From: Eledone cirrhosa
Taxonomy: Eukaryota
Assembly: GCA_964016885.1 (NCBI GenBank)
Contig: OZ024742.1
Location: 329,220,001 to 329,284,000, forward strand
DNA: 64,000 nucleotides
Direction: 5' to 3'
The notes below the pieces were generated by a model. It was not told the origin of the DNA. It ran no database searches and was given only the letters and a program-made list of their open reading frames with translations. This document shows, one piece after another, positions 26,098 through 38,896 of this stretch (positions within the stretch are counted from its first letter, which is position 1; the number at the start of each line of letters is the position of its first letter). The position numbers were made by a program, and so were the translations under genes.

Positions 26098-26784
26098 CAT
26101 ACATGGATGGAAGTACGGCTGTAGAACCTTACTTTATGTGTGTGGTTTGTGTTATGTGTAAGTGGATTCTTGCGTTGGAGTAAATATATATTTTACTACG
26201 TTTCTGAAGCTGATACATTGCAAATAGTGCTGGAAATATTATGCTAGCGAAGCTGTATAGTAAAACATAGAGAAACGAAAATGAATCGTAACAGAAGGGA
26301 AAACACGAGAATCTGAATGTTACACTGGAAACAGAGAATAATAAATATTATAGAATTCACAATCTGTCGGTTTTCCTGATATTTTACTCTTTGTTTTTGT
26401 TTCTCTCCTTTCCTATCCAGTATCGTTACCTCAATATTTCCAGCATTTGCATTGTATCCGTTACAAAATAGCACTACATTGAAATATATATATATCTTTA
26501 TGATATGAGTACGCCTACGTATATTTTCTTCCATTTATAACGATCTGGAATGTTTGCCACAATATAGAATTATGCGTTCCATAACTCTCTAACAGTGTGT
26601 ATACATGCGTATTGTCGGTTTGTGAGTGGGTTTGTGTAAGTGCCTGTATATAATAGCATGTGCATATGCAGCTCTTTGTTCATTGTTTTGTGATTATATG
26701 TGTGGATGCACGTGTTTGTGTATGTAGGTTTATGTGCCTAAGTGTTTGTGTATCTTTACCTGAATGTATGTGTGCACGTATGCA

Positions 26785-27085
26785 GGTGCGTAGCTTAGTG
26801 GTTAGGGTGCTGGTCTTATGACATGAGATCGTGAGTTCAAATCCCGCCCCTGACAGCACATTTTGTTCTTTATTTCACGTTAATCTATTCAACTATGCAG
26901 TCAAAAATGAGTTCATCTAATCAGGAGACATTTTGTCATCTGAGAGCCACACTGAATCTCCCTGAGAACTACGTTAAGGTTGACTGTTTCTGTGGAATTC
27001 TCAGGCCCCTGTACATCACTTTCATGAATAGGTCGTTCCGTTGACTGAATTAATCGGAACCCTCGTCAACGAAAGAGGTCCAACT
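26785..27085 (+). mobile_element. tRNA-derived SINE, family 2
   Basis: A-box TAGCTTAGTGG, B-box GAGTTCAAATCCCG, body shared with 14850-15135; another head at ~27838-27960. Confidence 0.7.
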
Positions 27086-27267
27086 ACGCATCTGTATGTA
27101 GGTGTGTAACATCACATGGCTTAGTTGTCAGGCATACGAACTAAAATCTGTGTTCAAATCTCATCCATATATTGTGCCTTTAAGCAAGACTCTTTATTTT
27201 ACTTTCCTCTAGCGTGTTTCTAGTATGTATGCATGCGTACTAGGAAAATTCAGTTGTTTCAAATCCA

Positions 27268-27363
27268 AACACACGCACACACACACGTACACACACGCAC
27301 ACACACACACACACACGCACACACACACACACATACACACACACACGCACGCACGCACACACA

Positions 27364-27444
<81 letters not shown>

Positions 27445-27494
27445 ATATATAATCAGGAGTTGACGAACCCACCATATTTGTCAATTCCAAGACC

Positions 27495-27580
<86 letters not shown>
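27268..27580. repeat. (CA)n and (TA)n microsatellites
   Basis: Visible runs. Confidence 0.95.
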
Positions 27581-28535
27581 GTGACGAAACATAAGTCAAT
27601 TGCATCATGAACTATTGGCTGTTAATCTGTTTCTGTATATGTGGCGGGGCTGTGTGGATATGTTTACGGGATTTCTATGTGCGTGTCTGTGTTAGTCTTG
27701 CTTTGAAGCATTTATTACTAATCAATATGAAATCCTATTATGTGAGAGTTTATATATTTATGTACGTATATCGTGAAGAATGTTAATATGTTTGTGTTTA
27801 TTTGGCCAAGCATGTTAATATATGTATCTGAATGTGAGTGCCTTAGTGATTGGGTATACGGCTCGGGCTGTTAAGGTCGTGAGTTCGATTCATAGTGGTG
27901 CATTTTGCCGTTTGACCAGAACTTTTATTTTATCTTGTTCGAATGCAACTAAGTAAATGAGTTGAGATCGTACTCTCGGGTCTAGAATAATCGTCGCCCC
28001 TTATTTATTAATATTTCAGATCTCCTCTCACGATTTTAATCATTCACCGCACCGCTCATTAAATTTTGCAAAATTTTATTTTATGTGGTAGCATTCCGGC
28101 GACAATTAATTTCCTTTAAACATGAAAAAACATTATACATACAAAAAAGTACATCACTAGATATTGCATACGTTATAGAATAAATAGAATGGGTTGAGGT
28201 TTCAATTTGTAAAGTAAACCACTAATTCTGGTTTTTGAAAAGTAAACGGAGACAACCTAAGAAAATTACCGATTTTCCAACTCCCTCCTCCAAATCTCCA
28301 CTTATTCCAACTACCAATTATTCTCCTCCGCCTCCCCTATTAATAGGGGCAGAGCGTAAGTATACGGCAAACTCCTACTTTACGCTGTGGGAGCAGCAAC
28401 ATTTTAACTTTCGCAAAATTACCTAGTGCTATGGGCCACACTAATATACATACATCCGTATGTGTTTGACAGCTGAGAGAAATAAGTACTAGGTATTGAG
28501 TAATATATATATATATATACACATATATATACATA

Positions 28536-28593
<58 letters not shown>

Positions 28594-28599
<6 letters not shown>

Positions 28600-29284
28600 T
28601 AAATTCAGCGAGAATCGTATTTCGGCGGTGTAGAAAAAGCGAAACGAAACGCAACATCGTAGATATGCTGGCAAGCGCTCCAATAGTTAAAAAACTAGAG
28701 CTAAACAATATGTTAAAACGCCATACAAACTGAAAAAGTGGTCAAGAAGGCATTATCCACCTATGCCAAAAAACAAATCAAGCTAAACAGGTCGAACAAA
28801 ATAAATGATAAAAACAGACTTGGACCCAAATGGAATTGATGGTGAAATCCAAATTCAGGGTGTCTGTGACACATAAATCAATAATACTATCTGCTTAAAA
28901 CTATAAGCTTTTAGCATAATGATCAAACAAGGAATATCACGGTATCAACAGGTATTTTGCTCTGCACCAACTTTGTGAATGACGTAGTACTTTGTAAAAG
29001 CACATAAGTAATTCACAAGGGGAAAACCCCCAGATTTTGGCAAATGAATTCAGTATGTGTATATAATGCGAAAAATTGCATAGATAGCACAAATCGAATA
29101 AGCACTCAACCCGGTAGTTTTTAAAATAAACTTATGCAATTAATCTGTCAATAGAATTATTAACAGGTTAATTCTAAGACTCGGGAGATTAATACAAATA
29201 TAAATACAGCGAGAATCGTATTTCGGCGGGTAGAAAAAGCGAAACGAAACGCTGGCAAGCGCTCCAATAGTTAAAAAACTAGAG

Positions 29285-29287
<3 letters not shown>
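28594..29287. mobile_element. (TA)n-flanked element with ~100-bp terminal direct repeats
   Basis: CAGCGAGAATCGTATTTCGGCGG...CCAATAGTTAAAAAACTAGAGCTA at ~28605-28703 and ~29207-29288. Confidence 0.7.
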
Positions 29288-29329
<42 letters not shown>

Positions 29330-29660
29330 ATGTATATATATACTCTACTTACTATCCTTGCTTTCATATTTCTCCTCGCTCCCCTTTTCTCATTGTATTT
29401 GTATATAAACAAGTACATAGATACAAGGAGAAAGGGAGAGCAATGAGAAAAGGAGAGTAATGAGAAAAGGAGAGCAAGAAGTACATGGAGAGGTTAAGGC
29501 AAATATTGCTCAAGTTATGCTGGAAACAGACAATGTGAAAAAGAGGAAGAAGAAAATTAACTGAAGAGGTACATTCTGCACCAAAATGACTTTTCTTCCC
29601 TTTCAAATTTACAAAATCGAGTTTTCGTCTTTTGTAATTCTTGCAGCAGCAGAAGCAAGA

Positions 29661-29703
<43 letters not shown>

Positions 29704-29708
<5 letters not shown>

Positions 29709-29920
29709 AACAAGTATGACCCCGACGGCAGAGCTCAAGCCGTTTCGACGGCTAATTCTGGACAAAAAAACTTTTTTTTTTAGTCCAGAATAAGCCGTCG
29801 ACACAGCTTCAGCTCTGCCGTCGGTGTCATACTTGTTCCCATTACCCACTCTACTACCCTAAGTATTGAGTACTTTGGTGCGTTATGGTCCATCTGGTTC
29901 CTTACCACATTTCCTTCGTT
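29704..29920 (+). mobile_element. Fold-back mini-element family B copy 2
   Basis: Same sequence as 18645-18838 in the opposite orientation; arms 29704-29763/29783-29842. Confidence 0.75.
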
Positions 29921-30099
29921 ATATATATAAATATATATATATATATATTTTGGTGTAACAAACACGTTTTTAGATACTTTTTACCAAATCATTTTAGAAT
30001 GTTAATAGTTAATGAATCCAAATTGCTTATCCGCTAACAGTATGTTGACAGCATTTTGTTTGTGAGCATTCAGTAGCCTGAGCTGCTTTCCTTGTCTGC

Positions 30100-30373
30100 C
30101 TAAAACCTTCTTCAAAGATTTTCTATCAGCACCAATTTTCTCGACAAACATCTTTCAACATGGTATGATGTTCCTGGTTACAAACGTGGACTTGAAAAAC
30201 TTGAGAACATAGTTGTTGTGAATGATGTTGTAGAAAAAGGTGTCAAATTCATTCAGGTTTACAATAATATTCTCTCAAAAGTTGAAACTGAGAAACAATT
30301 TGTTTTACAGATCATTACCGAAAACCGTAAAACATGCCCAACTGCCACTAAACCCTTTCTTACGCAAAAATAA
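30100..30373 (+). pseudogene. hAT-superfamily (hATm-like) transposase C-terminal remnant
   Basis: Frame reads TNFLDKHLSTWYDVPGYKRGLEKLENIVVVNDVVEKGVKFIQVYNNILSKVETEKQFVLQIITENRKTCP, resembling the VVND.AERGV..I..YN..L.K.E..Q..LQ motif. Confidence 0.6.
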
Positions 30374-30374
30374 T

Positions 30375-30712
30375 TGTTTATACTTTTGGCACAAGGCCTG
30401 CAATTATTAACAGTTTATTACTGGTATTTTATTTTATCGACCACGTAAGGATGAAAGGCAAATATAACCTCGGCGGGTTTTGAACTCAGAATGGCAAGGG
30501 CCGTAACTCTATGCGTCAAAGCATGGCATCCGGCCTTCTACCGAAACATAATTATTTCTAATTTTTCGGTCATGGCCCGCAATTAACCAGTGCATTACAG
30601 GTACTTTAATTTATCGACCCCGTAAGGATGAAAAGAAAAGTTAACCTCGGGTGGATTTGAACTCAGAATGGCATGGGCCGTAACTCTATGCGTCAAAGCA
30701 TGGTGTCCGGAG
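30375..30712 (-). mobile_element. Two tandem SINE family 1 copies
   Basis: TTTATCGACC..GTAAGGATGAAA...CCTCGG.GG.TTTGAACTCAGAATGGCA occurs twice (30375-30545, 30551-30712). Confidence 0.85.
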
Positions 30713-30808
30713 TAAAGCATGTTTGGGAGGAGTAAACTTGAATTTTACGGAATCTTAGAGTTTTCGGGAAATTACCTATTGCTAAGGGGGGGGCCACCCT
30801 TATATATC

Positions 30809-30898
<90 letters not shown>

Positions 30899-30936
30899 TG
30901 TGGGTGTGTGTGTCAGGAAAAGTAATCGAAAATGCA

Positions 30937-31140
30937 ACAGTTCTTATGCTTTTCAAAAGTAGAATTGAGATGGAGAGTTTGTTTTTTTTTCTCGCATGCG
31001 AGAAAAAACACAAACCTTCCATTTCAATTCTACTTCTGAAAAGCATAAGAACTGTGAAACCGGTAAAGGAAACAAATAAATATTCTTTCACTCGTGTAAG
31101 ACATGTTTTTTTTTTATTTAAAACAATCTCATTTTCTTAT
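30937..31140 (+). mobile_element. Family F copy 2: fold-back element with near-intact hammerhead
   Basis: Palindrome centred on CTCGCATGCGAG (30991-31002), arms to 30937/31055. CTT-CTGAAAA-GCA(TAAGAAC)TGT-GAAA-CCGG-TA-AAG at 31033-31068. Confidence 0.7.
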
Positions 31141-34100
31141 ATATATATTTATTTAATTTCCATTTGTGTGTATGTATACATATACACATACATATGCCTA
31201 AATATATATGTATGCATATATATCTATGCATATATGTATAAGCAGTTACAAGGAACTCGTTTTTCATCGTTGTTTATTAGATACTTATAAAGCATGAGAT
31301 TGTCAAGGGTGGCTGAGTATGTTATACATTTAATGAAGTCTGTCATATTGTTATTTTCGCAAGTTTCAATGTAACTTTACACCATATCGTTACATTAAGG
31401 CACAACCCAAGAGTTTCCACATCTCTCGTTAGGTTCACGAGCACAAACGGCAATGTAACTGAATGGTTTTCCCTATTCTTTTTGTTTTTCTTTGTTTCCT
31501 CTTTTTGTTTACGTTCTGTGTATGCATCCTATCCAGTATGGTTTACTGGGGTCTCTTCTTCTTCTTCTTCTTCTTCTTCTTGGTGTTCACATGCAACCGA
31601 CGATCACGAGATCACTATAACGTAGACAGCATGGCAGTGTTTTGGGCGGAATTGTTAAAGTGTCGGACGAGATGACTTGCGCTGTCGCTTCCATTCTAAG
31701 TTCAAATACTAACAAGGTATTCACATTCCATCAATACCCAGGTCTAATTACCTGACTATGGCACATAAAATTATTACAAATGCTGCAACAGGTAGATGAG
31801 ACCGTTTGTAATTGATGTACAACTATGAAGATTATGATGATGATGAAAATGTGTAAAATGATAACATGCTTGTAAAGGAATGCATCCAACATAATATATT
31901 TACATTTGCATAGAATGATGGATTGATATATGCTCACATCTGCACAAACATTGAGCGAGTAACTGTAAAGCTACACGTATTTTTTTTATACTGCAACAAT
32001 GAAATAAGTGACAATACAAAAAGCTAATTACAAAACAGTGTGATAGGAAGAATAAATTTGATGGAACGAAACACAATCATGTTAATTGTTGAGAGAATTG
32101 CTTTATAGGAGATTTTATGACCAGCATAAATGTGTTGAAGTCTTCTGGAAAGTTTGAAGTTTCTCTGCGAAGATTGTATGAGGTTGGGAACTCTAACACA
32201 ATAGCGCTAATAATCACTCTGTAAATATCAATAACATCAATACCAACGACGGCGACTATAACTTCATGCCGATGACGATGTTGGCAATGGTATTGGTTTT
32301 TGTGATGGTGGTTTTGAGGATGAGGATGATGGTGGTGAAAGACGGAACAAATGAACCACTAATTTCAATAAATAAATAAAGAAAATCGGTAGTTTTATTG
32401 TTCGGGCTATTTAGAACAAGCTCAGATTAAGATAACCTTTCATCACAATGCGTTTCAACTTGAGCGTTCTCTTTATATTTTCAAATATATTTTAATTAAA
32501 TTACAGTTTACAATATGCTATTCTATTCTTAAGATGCAACGTTTGTTTTTTTAAGGATATGTGGCTGCTATTTCAAGCAATTTGGGCAGCAGGTTAGATG
32601 AAGCACAAGTAACAAGAAGTGCGCCCCAAAATGATCTACAATCATTGTCGGCCACCCAGCAAAACAAACTTTGTCACTCAGACACATACATACACATGTA
32701 CAAACGTACCAGGCGTGTCCTCCACCTCAGATATTTCTAATTGAGAGATGAAGTCGTGCGACGAAAAAATAGGCAAAGGTTCGATGAAAGAAATCATTTT
32801 AGGGGGAATCGAAAAATGCATGAACATTTTTTTAAAAACCTCCACAAGCTGCAGGCCAGCAGGTTTGAAGGAGATTATTTTAAACAAAAATTTGGAATCT
32901 GCATAAAGGATGAGACGCATAGGCAGGGGCTTTCCTATAGCGACAACTGAAGGCTTCTTTCCAGGTTGCAAAATATACATTGGTCCGATTAGTGAATGAT
33001 CTAGACTGGTAGATAATTATTAGATAAAAGTTAGCGATAAAAAGCAATAGACAAAAATAGAGTAAAGAAGAGGCTACTGAGGAAACGTTTACGATAAGCA
33101 TTACGGTCGAAGTTTGTGCGACGAGAAGGTCTATCGGTCATTCCTTTATCGGAAACTACAAAGGATGGCTAGATTGATCTATATATCATACTCTAAGGAA
33201 CTAAGAGATGAAATTCATTCAATTCACCCGAGTAACAGATTGACACAGTTGCAACAAGTTTACAAATATTTTAGTCACCAATATGTTTATTTGAATGTGA
33301 GGTAATATAAGAAAAGTGACCCGTAAATATTAACCTACATTCAACAAACATCTATAGGTTCCAGTGTGACACCTCAGAGAGGGTATTTCCTCTTGATATT
33401 GAGGGTAATCGTGAATTTGTATAGCCTTGGCTTCTGACCACTAATCGGAAACTTTCCTTTTTATAAATACTCGATGAAAATACCTATTTGTATGTATCCA
33501 ATTTATGCAGTGTCACAAACATTTTGGGCCCTTCTGGCGAATAAAAAAATTACCATGATCCCCATCGTTGTTTGCGCCGTAGTTAGCATCCTCGTCGTTG
33601 TCATAGTCACCATCGTCACCGTGTGCAATATTGTGATCTGTATTAGCATTGTCACATTGTCGAAAGCGGTCTTCCAATTCTGGAAACACGCCCTAGGCTT
33701 TTATTTAATTAAAACTTGCCCCACAGCTTTAAAAGAGTATTTCATTTCGTGTCAAAATATGAAGATGTCAAAATAAGTGGTGTCAACCATTTCAATGAAA
33801 CACACACTCACACACACATACAAACAAATAAAACATGATTGCGTGGATGTGTGTGCGTGTGTGTCTTTCTCTCTCTATATATTAATACATATATATATAT
33901 ACGCTACATTATGCGACACTTTTACAGAGTTGTGTTCCATTTTCACATATGATTTAAAATCAACTTACAATTTAGTCAGCTGTTTAACTTAGCTTTTGAC
34001 ATTTCTTAGTCTAACCACACTAAGAAAAGTTCTACGACTCTATTTCGTACTACCCTATCCGCAACCACCCACGTCAAATCCTGTTGTAGATCATAACATC

Positions 34101-35674
34101 ATACGACCTTCACCACAGCTTCAGACATTTCGCTGCAAACGATTTTACGGATATACTCATTGATCGCAGGAAGTTATATTATTTAGGCTCAGTAATGTAC
34201 TTTTGATTCCTACACAGTCTGTGTATTCTAATTAAGCTGTTGCAAGTCCTGTAGAAAATAGTTGAACATGATAGGAGAGACAGTGAGCCGGTGTTCTGGA
34301 CAGGGGTGTATAACACAACAAGGACGATGAGTGAAGAAAGATGCTATCATAGCACACTACTATAAATATAACTTATTCAAAGTAGTGGTGTTTCATACAT
34401 GGGCTCTCAATGAACTAATTATTGATTTCACCTAGATTCTAGGTGATGTGTTAGTGTCTTGTACTGACCTACCTGAAATACGATTGGCTGTTTCTTGCAA
34501 ACGCAAACTGTAAACAGTGCCATTCACCGATGACCCATGCATCGGTTCAATATTGTTCCTGACACGTGTATGACACCGAATCATCTATTATGTACAAGGT
34601 ATGATTTCCTCACTTCCTACATGGTTTCACTTGTCTTCAACTTATTGCATATCTAAATTCCCCATGAGGAAATAAAATGAAGTAGATCATTGGGTCAAGA
34701 TGTTGAAGTAAATATGTCACAGGTGTATTCCTAAATTTAATTGTGTCCGTTTCTTGGGCAGTTTCATTTTCACAATATACAAAACAGCAATTACATTATA
34801 CGATAATTGTAGTACATGATATCAAGTATTCATCTGAAGTGCCGTTCATATTTAATTGGAAATGCTTACAACCTTAACAAACACCAATGTTTATATATAT
34901 TTCTGCAAAGTCAAAACTCAAAGTATTTCAATTAACATGGCGGGATTCAGAATTGAAAGCATATATGAACCCGTATACAATATGTTTTTGTGTAATACAC
35001 ATGCATTTAATTTTACTGAGTGGTTTCGCTGTGCAGATATAGTTTCTTAACAATTCTAATTTTTTTATTTTATCAAATTTTGTTTTCAATTTTTTTTTCA
35101 TAGTGAAAATATTTCACAATTTGTTTAAATGACGAGAAGTATTATTTTCTGTATGTTGTCTAATTTTATGTTGAATTTCTAGTACTTAGGGTGAGCATTT
35201 GTCTGTATAATTTTTTTTTTAATCACTCCCAAATATTATCATAGGATTGGTGTTGCTATTTAATCCAACATCACGGATATGTCTATTCCCATATTGGAAT
35301 GCTTTCATTTATTTACGAAATATAATATTACCGTATGTTGCAATATAAACATCTCTGAGGATACGCCTTTTTATGATGGTTTTTAACAACAATATCTACA
35401 TCATTTTTCATATCTCAGATTGCATTAGTTAGTATTTTTAAACTAATGTTGTTATTGCATGAGAAATGCTATGACGTGTATTTGTTCCATTTCTTTTCTC
35501 TTGTTATACCATAATCCTCACATAATTAGCAAAATAAGAAAACCTGAAATGCGTCATGCTGGGATACATATATAAATACACTCACACATGCACACACTGA
35601 CACATGCTACATACATACACACACACACTCATTCACACACACACAGACACACACTCACACAAACACACATATAC

Positions 35675-35743
<69 letters not shown>

Positions 35744-36515
35744 TGTTTGTGTGTGTACATTCTGGCAAGCCTCAACAAACTATTGTTATCCCCACGCCAG
35801 GACCTCAAATATTACTACTAAATTTCTGATGCAACACCCCTCATCAGCCACCACGTTTTCCAACCAAAATACTGACCACAATAGTCCCAGCTTTCTTTTT
35901 TCAGCTCTTCATCTTTATATATATATAAATCGTTGGCTAAATTCACACGTGCTTTCCTACTGCAAAAGTGTTTTTCTGTTTCTTCCTCCCTTTATTCATT
36001 CTATTTCTCCTTCTTGCCTCCTCCTATATTTTGATCAAGGACTAACCTCCTTTTTCCTCTAAGACTTTGCTCAATTTTACTTAGACCTTGCCTTAACCGC
36101 ATTATATCATTTTCAATGTAGTATTTCGACCAGGCTTCTTTTATCATACTCTACTTTGTTTTTCATTTTAGTTGTAATTTATCCTTAACAAGTCGTGCAA
36201 TTTCTCGGATAAGTTACCTTTTTGTGTTATGCACTTTATCTAGAAATGTGGTATCACTCACAAATTTACGTTTTTTTTGTAATTCCATGCATAATACTGC
36301 TATTTACTCCTCTCACATTTACCGGGGCATTCATCAAATCCATAAGCCATCATTATAATGCAAGCCGTTCATTAGCTCATTGTCCCTCTCTCCTCTTGTA
36401 TAAACATCCTCAGCAGTACGAGATTTCAATCTATAACCGTCCTCTCTAGCGGTCTTCAGACTCATAATAATTTCCCGTTTTTCTGTTCTTCTTGTCTAAA
36501 TTTATTATTATTATT

Positions 36516-38850
36516 ACTTCAGCTGAAATTCAGTACGTCCTTGTCGGCTGCACGAGGTGCAAGTCACCCGGTTTGGATGGTCTGCCCTACGAACTTTTAG
36601 TAAGTATGCCAGACTGGTTCTCCGATCACCTGGAAGCGTCTACTGCAACTAACAGCAGAATAGGAGTATTCCCAGTTCTGTGAGCAGGGGCGTAGTGACG
36701 CTGATAAGGAAACAGGAGAAGAAGAGAGATACATTAGAACAATTCAGGCCCATATCTCTGCTCAACACAGCATTTAAGATTTTGGCAAAGGTGTTAGCAA
36801 AGAGGTCGGCGATTGTCGTCAAAAATTTGGTTGAGAAGGCGCAAACTTGCGCAATCCCAACCAAGTCCATACACGACAACATCCACCTCATGCGATACAT
36901 CATAGAGAGCGTAGGATGTAAATCTGACTTCGGTGGTGCTCTGATCAATTTAGATCAATCGAAAGCATTCGATAGGGTCGACCATTGGAATCTGGAGGCT
37001 GTTCCAAATGCAGCTGGCTTCGGCCCCGTCTTCAGAAGCTGGATCGCTGCAATGCACAGCGGCATCTGCTCGGTCGTCAAGGTTAATGGCCACCTCTCGG
37101 AACCGCTTCAGGGTTCCCGATCGGTCCTGCAAGGGTGCCCTCTCTCTTCCCTTCTGTATGTATTGACTCTCGGGCCATTTCTGCGGAAGCTGGAGCTGTG
37201 GCAGGGCATCCCGCTCGAACTGGGATGCGGAAAAACTGTGACGTCTTATGGGGACGACATCACCGTGATTGTGTCCGACACCTCGGAAATCGAGGTGGTC
37301 GGCACCTTATTTGACGAATATGAAAGGTTGACAGGAGCGAAACTTCACCAGGATAAGTCGGTAGGCTTGCAGCTCGGTGCTTGGAGAGGCAAGTCCATAC
37401 CGTCCAACAGCATCATTGGGCGCTGGACGGATGGACGGATAAATTTTCTCGGGATTTGGTTCGAATCAGACCTCCAGGTGGATAAGAATTAGGACGAGGT
37501 AACGAGCGGGGTAGCCAGTCTCACCTAGAAATGGGCTGCGAGGAAGCTAGGACTGAAAGGTCGCGTGGAGGTGCCGAATGCGTACATCGTGTCCGTCATC
37601 TACTACCGCCTGACCGTCATGTTTGCACCTGTCCACACCACAACAAGTTCGAACGGCTCCTGTTTAAATCCTTGTGTAGGGGAGAGGACCCGGTGGTGAG
37701 AGATTCCATCTGCTGCCAGCACCCTCTAGGCGGCTAATGATACGCAAACACGTGCTAATGCTGCGACATCTTCAAATATTCTGCCTGAACAGGTGTGGTC
37801 GTCGTTTATCAGACGGGCATTTCAGCAGATCGTCTGTTTGAATGAACTGCAGTCGTGGGTGAAGAAGGGAGCAACACTGGGTGACTGGCATCTGAAATGT
37901 TGCCAGGCACTCACTGCCCTCTACTAGACGGACAATGCGGTCAGTGGAACTCCCATTCTCGAGTTCTATAGAAGACAAGTGGTGGGAAACTGCGATGATG
38001 CACTCCGGGCGTGAACGGAGTTGAACTGACCAGTCTGTTACGGAAGACTTTCAAGCTAGGACGATGGATAACTTCCAGAAATCCCTAGCGTGGCAGTGCT
38101 ACCGAGGGCACTGCCGGATCGGGAGAAACTCTACAGGAACGGAATTGCTGTAAGACGGACCTGCCCGAGATGCGCCCAGAGCGACGACACCGTTCTACAC
38201 GCACTCATCCAACGTCCGTGTATTACTGACTTGTGGAGTTATGTCGAACAGCTTTTGTCGCGTGTAGAACGGATCCGGCCATCGACCGAGGCCAAAGTGA
38301 AGATGGACCCTCCGTCTTCCTTTGGCTAGGAAGGGTAGGCTATTTCCTCTGACTGATGGCAGTTGCGAAAGATATTAGTTGGTGGACCAGATTGAAAGGA
38401 CTGAAGGCAGACACTTTTCTCTTCGGCCAATCACTCATCAACTTCTTCAAGTTTCAGCTGGAAAGATATATTAGGGTGAAGAGAGAAGTGCTGCCACCCA
38501 GTACATTTGCTAAAAGGTGGATGAATGTGGCGAGAATGGCCTGTATCAGTGCGCCTACTCTGACAATGTGCCTATAGAATGGTTAATTTTAGGAGGAGAG
38601 GGGTGCCTTCCACGGGTGCCCTTGAAGCGTCGGCTGTTTCAGGATTGGTGGGCTACCTGCGTCACCCCTGTGTCGTCCAGTCTTTATTGTGAAATTTATT
38701 GTTATATTCATGCATGATTTATTTTATATTTTTTTATATTTTAATCGTTAAATTTATCTTGTGCTCTTTTACTCGAGGTTATTGTAAAGCCCCACTGTCC
38801 ATGTCTTTGTATTGTCCCCTACATGTCGGCCCTTGTGGCCAATACATGAG

Positions 38851-38885
<35 letters not shown>

Positions 38886-38895
38886 CATTATTATT
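36516..38895 (+). mobile_element. 5'-truncated L1/Tx1-type LINE, copy 1
   Basis: KSPGLDGLPYE, FRPISLLNTAFKILAK, NLDQSKAFDRVDH, QGCPLS, YGDD, CPRC zinc motif; (ATT)n tail 38851-38895. Stops and frameshifts. Confidence 0.9.
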
Positions 38896-38896
38896 G

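Noticed and set aside
26785-26860. Possible tRNA gene
   Set aside because: A/B boxes present but no full cloverleaf; continues into the SINE body.
27455-27498. Hairpin GGAGTTGAC/GTCAATTCC followed by AAGACCGGTA between microsatellites
   Set aside because: Could be a hammerhead remnant, but it is single-copy and lacks the core.
32690-32950. EGDYFKQ word suggesting a mariner transposase C-terminus
   Set aside because: Too short, with no other transposase motifs or TIR.
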